A DNA stretch of 64,000 nt from an uncultured Methanosarcinales archaeon (lineage in GTDB: Archaea > Nanobdellota > Nanobdellia > Woesearchaeales > JAGVZT01), in the NCBI GenBank assembly GCA_964354685.1, contig CAYHAM010000001.1, positions 2,284-66,283 on the forward strand, read 5' to 3'. Positions 37,633 through 45,704 of this stretch are shown here, one piece after another (the stretch's first letter is position 1; each line of letters opens with the position of its first letter). A program made the position numbers and the translations under genes. The notes under the pieces were generated by a model, which had not been told where the DNA came from, did not search any database, and saw only the letters and a program-made list of their open reading frames with translations.

Positions 37633-38175
37633 TTACTTTTTTCTAAGTGTGTAAATAAGAACACCAACTGCAAGAATGAATATTGTGAATTGAATTCCAA
37701 CAACTGTCTTCTGTGTTTCTGTAAATCCTTTTAAGAAGCTACCTGTTATTTGTATAGAAGGTTGTGATTTAACAACAATTGCACCTCTAACTAAGCCATT
37801 GAAGACATCTCTAAAGGTGTGGTCTCCAGTCTCTGTGAATGTATAGCTATAGCTTTGGTCTGGTTCCATCATATCTGAATAAACCTCTTCATCAATCCAG
37901 AGACGCTTCCTGTTAGAGCCTGTGTTTTTCCATACAACTGTATCTCCTTTTTTTATAGTTAAGTAATCAGGGGTTGCAGATGCCTCTTTTAAAATAATCT
38001 CATAGGTTTTTGGAGAATAAGTTGGTGATTCAGGTTCAATAACTTCAACATTTTTTGGTTGTTCTTGCTCTGGTTCTACTGTTTGCTCTTCTTGTACTGG
38101 TTTTTTAAAAGCAATCAAAGAGCCAAATATGATAACACAGATAAAGATTATACCTATCAATTCTCTTTTTTCCAT
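37633..38175 (-). CDS. Membrane-anchored cupredoxin-like domain protein
   Basis: LTIKKGDTVVWKN...SYSYTFTETG...GAIVV; Cu ligands not evident; N- and C-terminal TMs. Confidence 0.7.
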   Translation of the reverse strand: MEKRELIGIIFICVIIFGSLIAFKKPVQEEQTVEPEQEQPKNVEVIEPESPTYSPKTYEIILKEASATPDYLTIKKGDTVVWKNTGSNRKRLWIDEEVYSDMMEPDQSYSYTFTETGDHTFRDVFNGLVRGAIVVKSQPSIQITGSFLKGFTETQKTVVGIQFTIFILAVGVLIYTLRKK

Positions 38176-38289
38176 AAAGCTAATTTTTTGATTGTATTAT
38201 ATAAAGTTTGTGTTTCTAATAATAATAAAACAAAAGTTTTAAATAATGAAAATCAGAGATGTCAAATAAAAGTGAATAAAGGTGGAGAC

Positions 38290-39735
38290 ATGGTAGAACG
38301 TGCAAAAGAGCTTGGACTGAGTGTAAAGAAAGAAGAAAACTTTAGTGAGTGGTATACTCAGCTTGTTCAAAAGGCAGAGTTGATTGATTATACTAAGGTT
38401 TCTGGTTGTGTTGTGTTTAGACCTAGGGCTTATGAGATTTGGGAAGAGATTCAGCAATATCTTGATGCAAAAATAAAAAAGCTTGGAGTAAAGAATGCCT
38501 ATTTTCCCTCATTAATCCCAGAATCTTTGCTCAAGAAAGAGGCTGAGCATGTTGAGGGGTTTGCACCAGAAGTTGCGTGGGTGACCATGGCAGGTGAAAG
38601 CAAGTTAAGCGAAAGATTAGCTGTAAGGCCAACATCAGAAACAATAATGTATGATTCTTACAAGAACTGGATACAAAGCTATCGGGACTTACCTCTAAAA
38701 ATCAATCAATGGAACAATGTTGTTAGATGGGAGTTTAAGTACGCAACTCCCTTTATAAGAACCCGTGAGTTTCTCTGGCAGGAGGGACATACAGCATTTG
38801 CAACAAAGCAAGAGGCAGAAGAAGAGGTGTTACAAATCCTTGATTTCTATGCTGAGGTCTATGAAAGATTGCTAGCAGTTCCTGTTTTAAAGGGAAGAAA
38901 ATCAGAAAAAGAAAAATTTGCTGGTGCTGTTTACACCACAAGTGTTGAGATTTTCTTGCCTAATGGTAAGGTAGCTCAAGGTGCAACCTCTCACTTCTTG
39001 GGTCAAAATTTCTCAAAACCTTTTGGGATAAAGTTTTTAGACAAAGATGAAAAAAATAGTTGGGTGTGGCAAAATTCATGGGGGCTTTCTACAAGAACAA
39101 TTGGTATGATGGTAATGGTGCATGGCGATGATAAAGGGTTAATTATACCTCCAATGGTTGCTCGAAATAAGGTTGTGATAATCCCTATAATTTACAAAAA
39201 AGACAAAGAGGGTGTTCTGAAGGCCGCCAAAGAGCTGAATAAGGGGTTAAGTTTATTCAATCCCTTACTTGATGATAGGGTTAGTTATACACCAGGATGG
39301 AAATTCAATGAATGGGAATTAAAGGGAACCCCTATTAGAATAGAAATTGGCCCAAAAGATGTTGATAAAAAACAAGTTGTAATTGTTAGGAGGGACACAA
39401 ACAAAAAAGAGGTGGTTGAATTAAAAGTGCTAAAAAGCAAAATAAAATCAACACTAGAAGACATTCAAAAAAATTTGTTCAATAGGGCCAAGGATTTTTT
39501 GGAAAAGAACATTATAGAAGTAGAGTCATGGCAAGAATTTATAAAGGCAATAAAAGAAAAAAAGCTTGTTTTTGCATTGTGGTGTGGCTCTGTTGAATGT
39601 GAAGAGCTAATAAAAGACAAAACAAATGGTGCAAAGAGTATTAACATACCTTTTGGGCAGAAAAATCTAAAGGGCAAATGCATACATTGTGATAAAGATG
39701 CAGAGTTCAAAGCATATTTTGCAAAGAGCTATTAG
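38290..39735 (+). CDS. proS: Proline--tRNA ligase (archaeal/eukaryotic type)
   Basis: RPTSET, RTREFLWQEGHT, SWGLSTR, C-terminal AKSY; ATG at 38290 after GGTGGAG. Confidence 0.97.
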   Translation: MVERAKELGLSVKKEENFSEWYTQLVQKAELIDYTKVSGCVVFRPRAYEIWEEIQQYLDAKIKKLGVKNAYFPSLIPESLLKKEAEHVEGFAPEVAWVTMAGESKLSERLAVRPTSETIMYDSYKNWIQSYRDLPLKINQWNNVVRWEFKYATPFIRTREFLWQEGHTAFATKQEAEEEVLQILDFYAEVYERLLAVPVLKGRKSEKEKFAGAVYTTSVEIFLPNGKVAQGATSHFLGQNFSKPFGIKFLDKDEKNSWVWQNSWGLSTRTIGMMVMVHGDDKGLIIPPMVARNKVVIIPIIYKKDKEGVLKAAKELNKGLSLFNPLLDDRVSYTPGWKFNEWELKGTPIRIEIGPKDVDKKQVVIVRRDTNKKEVVELKVLKSKIKSTLEDIQKNLFNRAKDFLEKNIIEVESWQEFIKAIKEKKLVFALWCGSVECEELIKDKTNGAKSINIPFGQKNLKGKCIHCDKDAEFKAYFAKSY

Positions 39736-39738
39736 TTG

Positions 39739-40341
39739 TTAGTTTATTAACGATTCAAGAATTCCCTTTATCTTTGTGTTCATTTCTACAATAATAGCAA
39801 GTAATGCATTTGTTGCTTGGTTTTGTGATTTTGCAAAAACAACAACAACCACGTTGTGGGGTTTTACATCAAAAGTTCTTATTATCTCCTCATATGATTT
39901 CCTAAAATCCTTAGAGAAATCCACCTCTGAATTAGGCAGCCGTAACTCTTTGTCATACCTCAAAATAAGGGCTCCATCTGCATTGTTTTTTATTGCAATA
40001 TCCCTTAGATCAATATTCTTCATCTTTGTGTTAAATCTTTTAACAACAGCCCCTTTTTTAGATAAAAGATTCAGTTCCTTTAGCTCAAGACTTTTTAACT
40101 CGCCAACTTCTTTGTAAACTCCTTTTTTTAATTCTAATCCCTTCTTTGTTAGCTCATGCCCTTGTTTTGAAGAGGTTATCAAACCCTTTTTTTTAAGTGA
40201 ATTTAGAATGGTCCTTACTGTTCCCTCACCCAAAGACAATTTGTTTGTCATCTCTGCCCTACTACTTCCTACCTCAATTAATAAGAAAACCCTTAGAACA
40301 TCAAACTTGTTGTAATTAGGTATATTACCAACCATGTACAT
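39739..40341 (-). CDS. Winged-helix protein, DUF4443-like
   Basis: LSLGEGTVRTIL...GHELT wHTH; LRDIAIKNNADGALIL. Confidence 0.7.
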   Translation of the reverse strand: MYMVGNIPNYNKFDVLRVFLLIEVGSSRAEMTNKLSLGEGTVRTILNSLKKKGLITSSKQGHELTKKGLELKKGVYKEVGELKSLELKELNLLSKKGAVVKRFNTKMKNIDLRDIAIKNNADGALILRYDKELRLPNSEVDFSKDFRKSYEEIIRTFDVKPHNVVVVVFAKSQNQATNALLAIIVEMNTKIKGILESLIN

Positions 40342-40417
40342 TTACATAGAAACATAAGCTTTAAATAGTTATTCCTTTTTATTATCCCTTGTTAATGCTC
40401 ACGGAGGGGAAATAAGT

Positions 40418-40690
40418 ATGCTAAAGATGAAGAAAATTTCTGAAGTATATGACATGAAGGTTTTTACAGACAACGGAGACTACTTCGGTGATGTTGAAGA
40501 AGGAATCTTAACTCAAAATAAGGTATTTGGCTGGAGGGTTAAGGCAACAAGGAATTCTTATCTAAATAAAATATTAGGCAGTGCAAAAGGGGTTATAGTT
40601 CCACACCAGCTTGTCAAAAGCGTAGGAGATGTAATGATTATTAGCAAGGCAGCAATCCCAAGCTATGGCCCTGAAGAGGATGAAGAATAA
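40418..40690 (+). CDS. PRC-barrel protein (CdpB-like cell division candidate)
   Basis: MKVFTDNGDYFGDVEE...IVPHQLVKSVGDVMII. Confidence 0.85.
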   Translation: MLKMKKISEVYDMKVFTDNGDYFGDVEEGILTQNKVFGWRVKATRNSYLNKILGSAKGVIVPHQLVKSVGDVMIISKAAIPSYGPEEDEE

Positions 40691-40767
40691 GCCTTTTTAT
40701 TTCTATAATTCTTAATATAGAAAAAGTATTTATACTCCTAAAATAATATATAAGTTAGGGGGTATTG

Positions 40768-41139
40768 ATGATTACAATTTCCGGTTGTTTAATAATAGAA
40801 AACAACAAACTGCTTTTGTTGCATAGGATGGGTAAAGATCATTGGGAGTTGCCAGGCGGTATAATTGAGCCTGGTGAAAATCCAGAACAAACAGCAATAC
40901 GAGAGGCTAAGGAGGAAATAGGTTGCAATGTTGAAATCATCAGAAACCTGGGTTGCTTTGAGTTTGTTATTGATAATAGAGATTTTACGAGCTATTGTTT
41001 TCTTGCAAATATAGTTAAAGGAAGGCCAAAGCTTATGGAAAAAGATATTTTTGATAAATTAATGTTTATACCATTAGAAGAGTTGAATAACCACAAGATT
41101 GCAACAAACGTGAAAATGGCTATGGATAAAATAAATTAG
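40768..41139 (+). CDS. NUDIX hydrolase
   Basis: Nudix box GGIIEPGENPEQTAIREAKEEIG. Confidence 0.92.
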   Translation: MITISGCLIIENNKLLLLHRMGKDHWELPGGIIEPGENPEQTAIREAKEEIGCNVEIIRNLGCFEFVIDNRDFTSYCFLANIVKGRPKLMEKDIFDKLMFIPLEELNNHKIATNVKMAMDKIN

Positions 41140-41176
41140 AAAGTTTTTAATAAAAAATAAAAATATAAAGCTCATA

Positions 41177-41250
41177 TACGGCTGTGATCTGTCCTCACTA
41201 GCGTTCGGGAGATCACATCCTAATTCGCTTAGCTCATACGGCTGTGATCT
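41177..41250 (+). repeat. Direct repeat of the tRNA-Gly 5' end (TACGGCTGTGATCT at 41177 and 41237)
   Basis: 14-nt exact repeat 60 nt apart, both copies preceded by AGCTCA(TA). Confidence 0.85.
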
Positions 41251-41438
41251 AGTGGTAGGATACAATCCTCCCATACCCCTTGCATGCAAGAGGTGCTCTT
41301 CAAAAAGAGGTATTTTTAAAAGAGGTGGAGAGAGGTTGTTGCCCGGGTTCAAAACAGAAAAAGCCATGTTGATCGCAAGAGAGACGCAACTGAGGACTTA
41401 CGTTGTAAGACCATCTGTTGAAAGTCCCGGCAGCCGTA
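41238..41438 (+). tRNA. tRNA-Gly(CCC) with two introns: 37/38 (41274-41332) and 59/60 (41354-41424)
   Basis: Acceptor ACGGCTG/CAGCCGT+A; D arm ATCT-AGTGGTA-GGAT; anticodon arm CAATC-CTCCCA|A-GGTTG; T arm CCGGG-TTCAAA|T-CCCGG; BHB helices CTCC/GGAG and TTCA/TGAA. Confidence 0.88.
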
Positions 41439-41455
41439 TTTTTTGAGGTGATCCC

Positions 41456-42289
41456 TTGAATAGAAAAGAACAAAGAAAGCTTGCCTTGGCACTAGGCGGG
41501 GGCGGGGGAAAGGGTTTTGTACATTTACCCTTGCTACAAAAATTAAAAGATGAGAATATAAGAATAAATCACATTGGTGCTGGTAGCTCTGCAACAATAA
41601 TTGCCTCTCTTTGGGCTGCAGGCTATTCTAAAAATGAAATAATAAATCTTTTTACAAAAAGGTGGGCTAGATTCAGGTGGTTTGGTCCAACATTATCTAA
41701 GCAGTTCTTCCTAAGGGGGGATAGGATGTACACATACATGAACAAGCTGTTAAATAATAAAGACTTTAAGGACTTATCTATACCTTGCTCATTTACTGTA
41801 TGTGATCTTACCACAGGGGAATTCTTAATTAAAGAAAGAGGTAATGTGGCCTTGGCTGTTGTGCAGGCATGTGCTGTTCCAGGTGTCTTGGTTGTGAAGA
41901 ATCACAGCGATGGGCATATAATGGGAGATGGGGGTATAATCAATATTGCACCTGCAGATGTATGTAGAAAAAAGGTTGGTAAGGGGGGTGTTGTTGTTAG
42001 CTCTTTTTTACAGGGTCACTTTGAGAAATCAAACAATGCCATTAATAATAGGGCCAAGATCTTTTATAGAGGGGTATCTATGGCCTTAGAGTATCACAAG
42101 AGAAAGATTGTTAAAGAGAATTCAGATGTTGTTATAAATCAACTACCTGAGATCCCAATAAACATTACAACATGGTTTAGGTACACTGCAGATTTATTTA
42201 ACAAAAAAAAGATAGATTTTTATTTGAAAAGAGGAGAAAAAACAACAAAAAAGGCCTGGCCAAATATTAAAAAATTATTATATAGCTGA
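41456..42289 (+). CDS. Patatin-like phospholipase
   Basis: LALGGGGGKG, GSSAT (variant of GxSxG), DGG; TTG start after GAGGTGA. Confidence 0.85.
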   Translation: MNRKEQRKLALALGGGGGKGFVHLPLLQKLKDENIRINHIGAGSSATIIASLWAAGYSKNEIINLFTKRWARFRWFGPTLSKQFFLRGDRMYTYMNKLLNNKDFKDLSIPCSFTVCDLTTGEFLIKERGNVALAVVQACAVPGVLVVKNHSDGHIMGDGGIINIAPADVCRKKVGKGGVVVSSFLQGHFEKSNNAINNRAKIFYRGVSMALEYHKRKIVKENSDVVINQLPEIPINITTWFRYTADLFNKKKIDFYLKRGEKTTKKAWPNIKKLLYS

Positions 42290-42298
42290 GGTTATAAG

Positions 42299-42511
42299 AT
42301 GAAGGTAACGATAGACACAAAAGAGGACTCAAAAGAGGACATTCAAAAAGCTATTAGGTTTTTGCAAAGCTTTTTGGCCCAAACACCTTCTTCTGATTTT
42401 CCAGGTGGTGAAAATGTGTTTGGTAACATTCTTGAACAATCAGCAGATGGTTCTGAAACAGAAGAAGGCAAAGCAAAAGGGTTTAGTATAAAAGACCTTG
42501 AAACTTATTGA
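42299..42511 (+). CDS. Small hypothetical protein
   Basis: 70 aa, GAGGT RBS, follows the patatin gene. Confidence 0.65.
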   Translation: MKVTIDTKEDSKEDIQKAIRFLQSFLAQTPSSDFPGGENVFGNILEQSADGSETEEGKAKGFSIKDLETY

Positions 42512-42789
42512 AGAAAGGATATGATATTCTTTTGAATCAGAAATATAACTACAAAGAAGGTTATTATTTTAAAAGAGATACCATAAGTTAACAACATTAG
42601 ATAAATTCCGCAAAACACGTCAATGTAGCTAATGATATTACCAGATGTTGCAAACATACCACCTTTTAGTATCAAATAACCTGCAATATAAAACACAAGC
42701 CTTTTTGGTAAAAGAACAGGGAATGCAGCAACCAGTGCTGTTGTTAGTGCTGCAATAACATCACCCACCCCTAGTATCTTCATAAGCAT
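42505..42789 (-). CDS. Small membrane protein
   Basis: 94 aa, hydrophobic. Confidence 0.65.
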   Translation of the reverse strand: MLMKILGVGDVIAALTTALVAAFPVLLPKRLVFYIAGYLILKGGMFATSGNIISYIDVFCGIYLMLLTYGISFKIITFFVVIFLIQKNIISFLQ

Positions 42790-43131
42790 TTATATCACCA
42801 AAACAAGAACTATTAGTATAGAAATACAGCCTACTAAACCAAAGATGCTGCTTGTTTTTGTCATCTTATTAACAAACATAAAATATTTTACAAGCAGGTA
42901 AACAACAAGGAAGTACAAAATAGCCATCACTATCATACCAATTATCGGTGGCATAACTTCATAAACAAAAAATCTCATTATCACCAACCCTATCATTATC
43001 AAAGGCATCTTTATTAGAAACTGTTTTGTCCTCTCTTTAACAAAAGGTATTTCTATACCTAATGTAAAGAACTGCATAAACAAATATTCTGGTTGTGCCC
43101 TATCATGAAAGGGGTCGTTTAGAGTTGGCAT
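42790..43131 (-). CDS. Small membrane protein
   Basis: 113 aa, 3 TM, abuts the downstream ORF. Confidence 0.65.
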   Translation of the reverse strand: MPTLNDPFHDRAQPEYLFMQFFTLGIEIPFVKERTKQFLIKMPLIMIGLVIMRFFVYEVMPPIIGMIVMAILYFLVVYLLVKYFMFVNKMTKTSSIFGLVGCISILIVLVLVI

Positions 43132-43180
43132 CTTTGATCAAAGCTTTTGGATATAATATCCAACAGAAAGATAAAGGGTA

Positions 43181-43347
43181 TTTAAAGCTTACGAAAATTC
43201 CTAATTTTCTAAGCTTTAAACTTGGAAATCTATGATTTCCTTTATTTAAAAGCCTTTGAGATTTTCAGGCTTCTGAAATTCTTTGAATTTCAGAAACATA
43301 GAGAATCATTGATTCTCTGGGCTTTGAAAATTCCTTGAATTTTCAAA
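43181..43347. repeat. Cluster of related short palindromes (GAAAWTC-nnn-GAWTTTC type)
   Basis: Hairpins at 43181-43220, 43224-43240, 43271-43295, 43300-43318 and 43323-43347, each with a 3-nt loop. Confidence 0.85.
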
Positions 43348-43402
43348 ACATTTAAATATAACATAGTGTACTTCTAAAGTAAGTTTTTAGAAGGGTGAAA
43401 GA

Positions 43403-43666
43403 ATGGCAGAAGAAGACAAAAAATTCTCAAAGGCGCTTCTGGGTAAGACTGTTGTTAGTAAGACAGGTAAGCGTTTTGGGGAGGTAGGAGACATAATCTT
43501 TGAAACAAAATCTGGTGAACTTATACATATGGTACTGACAAACCCCACTTCTTACACAGCCAAACTTGAGTTAGAGAAGGATAAACAAGGTAATATTCTT
43601 ATCCCTTTCAGCGCTGTTATTGCCATAGGGGATTTTATGGTGATAGCTGAAGAGGATATAATCTAG
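43403..43666 (+). CDS. PRC-barrel protein (CdpB-like cell division candidate)
   Basis: LLGKTVVSKTGKRFGEVGDI...IPFSAVIAIGDFMVI. Confidence 0.85.
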   Translation: MAEEDKKFSKALLGKTVVSKTGKRFGEVGDIIFETKSGELIHMVLTNPTSYTAKLELEKDKQGNILIPFSAVIAIGDFMVIAEEDII

Positions 43667-43730
43667 CAATCTTTTTCTATTTTTTGAAATACAAAGGTTT
43701 TTATTTGTACTTATCTTACTGAATATTGGG

Positions 43731-44693
43731 ATGGAAGAAACTGCTATTTGGACAGAGAAGTATAGGCCAAAGGATTTCTCAGAGGTTGTTGGTCAAAAGG
43801 AGATTGTGCGAAAAGCCAATGCTTTTGTTAAGCAAAAAAACATGCCTCATTTGCTATTTGCTGGTCCTGCAGGGACAGGCAAAACTAGTCTGGCTATAGT
43901 CATAGCAAAAAAGTTTTTTGGTTTAGATTGGAAAAACAATTTTCTTGAGTTGAACGCAAGTGATGAACGTGGCATAGATGTCGTAAGGAACAAGGTGAAA
44001 GATTTTGCAAGAACAAGGGCAATCGGAGATGTGCCTTTCAAGATAATTTATCTTGATGAGAGTGATGCACTAACAAAAGAGGCGCAGCAAGCACTAAGAC
44101 GAACAATGGAGAATTACACAAGAACCTGTCGTTTTATCCTAAGCTGCAATTATTCTTCTAAGATCATTGAACCAATACAAAGTAGATGTGCAATCTTTCG
44201 GTTTAAGCTTTTATCAAAAAAAGACATACTTGATATCATTGAATTGGTAGCAAAGAATGAAAAGCTAAAAATTGATGCAAAGGCAAAAGAGGTCCTGTAC
44301 GAAATTAGTGAAGGGGATTGCAGAAGGCTTGAGAATATAATGCAGAGCTGTGCAGCAATAAGTGACAAAATAACAGAACAAACAGTCTATTCAATGGTTT
44401 CTATGGCCAGGCCTAAAGAGATAAAAGAGGTGCTTGAGTTGGCATTAACAAACCAATTCATAAAAGCAAGAGAAAAATTGCTTGATGTTATGCTGAGTTA
44501 TGGCTTATCAGGATTAGATGTTATCAAGCAGATCCAGAAAGAGTCTCTTAATCTAAAGATTGAGGATTCGAAGAGAATGAAACTCATTGAAAAATGTGGG
44601 GAAATAGAGTTTAGGCTTGTTGAGGGTTCTGATGAATTCGTACAAATAGAAGCCTTATTATCTTTCTTTTCTCTTATTGGTTTAGAAAAATAA
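43731..44693 (+). CDS. rfcS: Replication factor C small subunit
   Basis: WTEKYRP, GPAGTGKT, LELNASDERG, LDESD, IQSRC; no intein. Confidence 0.96.
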   Translation: MEETAIWTEKYRPKDFSEVVGQKEIVRKANAFVKQKNMPHLLFAGPAGTGKTSLAIVIAKKFFGLDWKNNFLELNASDERGIDVVRNKVKDFARTRAIGDVPFKIIYLDESDALTKEAQQALRRTMENYTRTCRFILSCNYSSKIIEPIQSRCAIFRFKLLSKKDILDIIELVAKNEKLKIDAKAKEVLYEISEGDCRRLENIMQSCAAISDKITEQTVYSMVSMARPKEIKEVLELALTNQFIKAREKLLDVMLSYGLSGLDVIKQIQKESLNLKIEDSKRMKLIEKCGEIEFRLVEGSDEFVQIEALLSFFSLIGLEK

Positions 44694-44757
44694 CAAAAAA
44701 CCCACTATTTCTTGCATTAAAGTGCTAAGTTTCTAACGTGAGTTTTTTGGAATGAAA

Positions 44758-45690
44758 TCACTCCATTGTATGTTTTAATAGGAGCTGAGTTGAGATGTCT
44801 TCTTTATAATCGTATGTCAAGATAATCTCTACTTCTTTCTCATAATCAATTTCGCTTTCTGCTGGTTGTGTACATGTTATTGTTCTCTCACCACTATACA
44901 CGGTCACATAACCTGATGTGTCTGTTCCATCAGTTAGGCCAGTACACTTTGCACCATCCATACCTGTATTAACATTAACCCATACCTTGTTTTCGTATGT
45001 GATCCCTGTTGTATCACATATTGAGTTTTGTTGGAATATACCTCCATTTCCCTTATGCTCTATTTTAAATACAAACCCTATTAACTCTCCTCCCCTAACA
45101 GACTCTTTTAAAGATGTTATCTGCAAGGGCGCTCTAGAATTAAAGACCTGTTTCTCCTCAGGTACAATACATAAGCTATCTTCACTAGTGTCTGTTAAAT
45201 CTTTTTTTACGCAGATTTTTGAAATTGTTTTTGTATTGTATTTATAACACACATCTGCTCTTATAGGGAATTGTAAATTTCCACCTATTTTGCCTTTATA
45301 ATTAAAACCCTCAAAACTCACATAAGTAATTGTGCCTTCAACAAGATTACCTTCAGAATCTTTGTATGTCCTCGTTAAATCATCATCTGGGTGTTTCACT
45401 AAATCTGATGGTTGCTTATTAAAGTCTGTTGGGTTTAGTCCACTAATTTTTACTTGTACATCTTGTGCTAACACATCTGACTCCCCTTCATTGTTTAATT
45501 TAACAACAATATCAAAAGGAAAAACACCTCCATCATAAACCTCCTGAGGAGGGGCATCCTCTAAAAAACTCATTAGTAAGCTAGTGGTCCCTTCTAAAAA
45601 AGGCGTGGTAGCACTTGTTGATTCCTCTTTTTCACAACCTGCTAGAACCAACAACAAACACGTAGTAAAGATTAAGATTAGCCTTCTCAT
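44758..45690 (-). CDS. Predicted lipoprotein/surface protein (paralog family)
   Basis: LAGC lipobox; FLEDAPPQEVYD, CYKYNT, SRAPLQIT. Confidence 0.75.
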   Translation of the reverse strand: MRRLILIFTTCLLLVLAGCEKEESTSATTPFLEGTTSLLMSFLEDAPPQEVYDGGVFPFDIVVKLNNEGESDVLAQDVQVKISGLNPTDFNKQPSDLVKHPDDDLTRTYKDSEGNLVEGTITYVSFEGFNYKGKIGGNLQFPIRADVCYKYNTKTISKICVKKDLTDTSEDSLCIVPEEKQVFNSRAPLQITSLKESVRGGELIGFVFKIEHKGNGGIFQQNSICDTTGITYENKVWVNVNTGMDGAKCTGLTDGTDTSGYVTVYSGERTITCTQPAESEIDYEKEVEIILTYDYKEDISTQLLLKHTME

Positions 45691-45704
45691 TTTATTACCT
45701 CCTT

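Noticed and set aside
41354..41424. Hammerhead-like CTGAGGA...stem...GAAA in the tRNA-Gly T-loop intron
   Set aside because: GAAA does not directly follow the stem and is explained by the BHB helix; stems I and III are not evident
41074..41597. ORFs 41074-41367, 41252-41446 and 41349-41597
   Set aside because: They overlap the intron-containing tRNA-Gly and show no protein features
43181..43347. Possible CRISPR array
   Set aside because: Units are not identical repeats, spacing is short and irregular, and no cas genes are present
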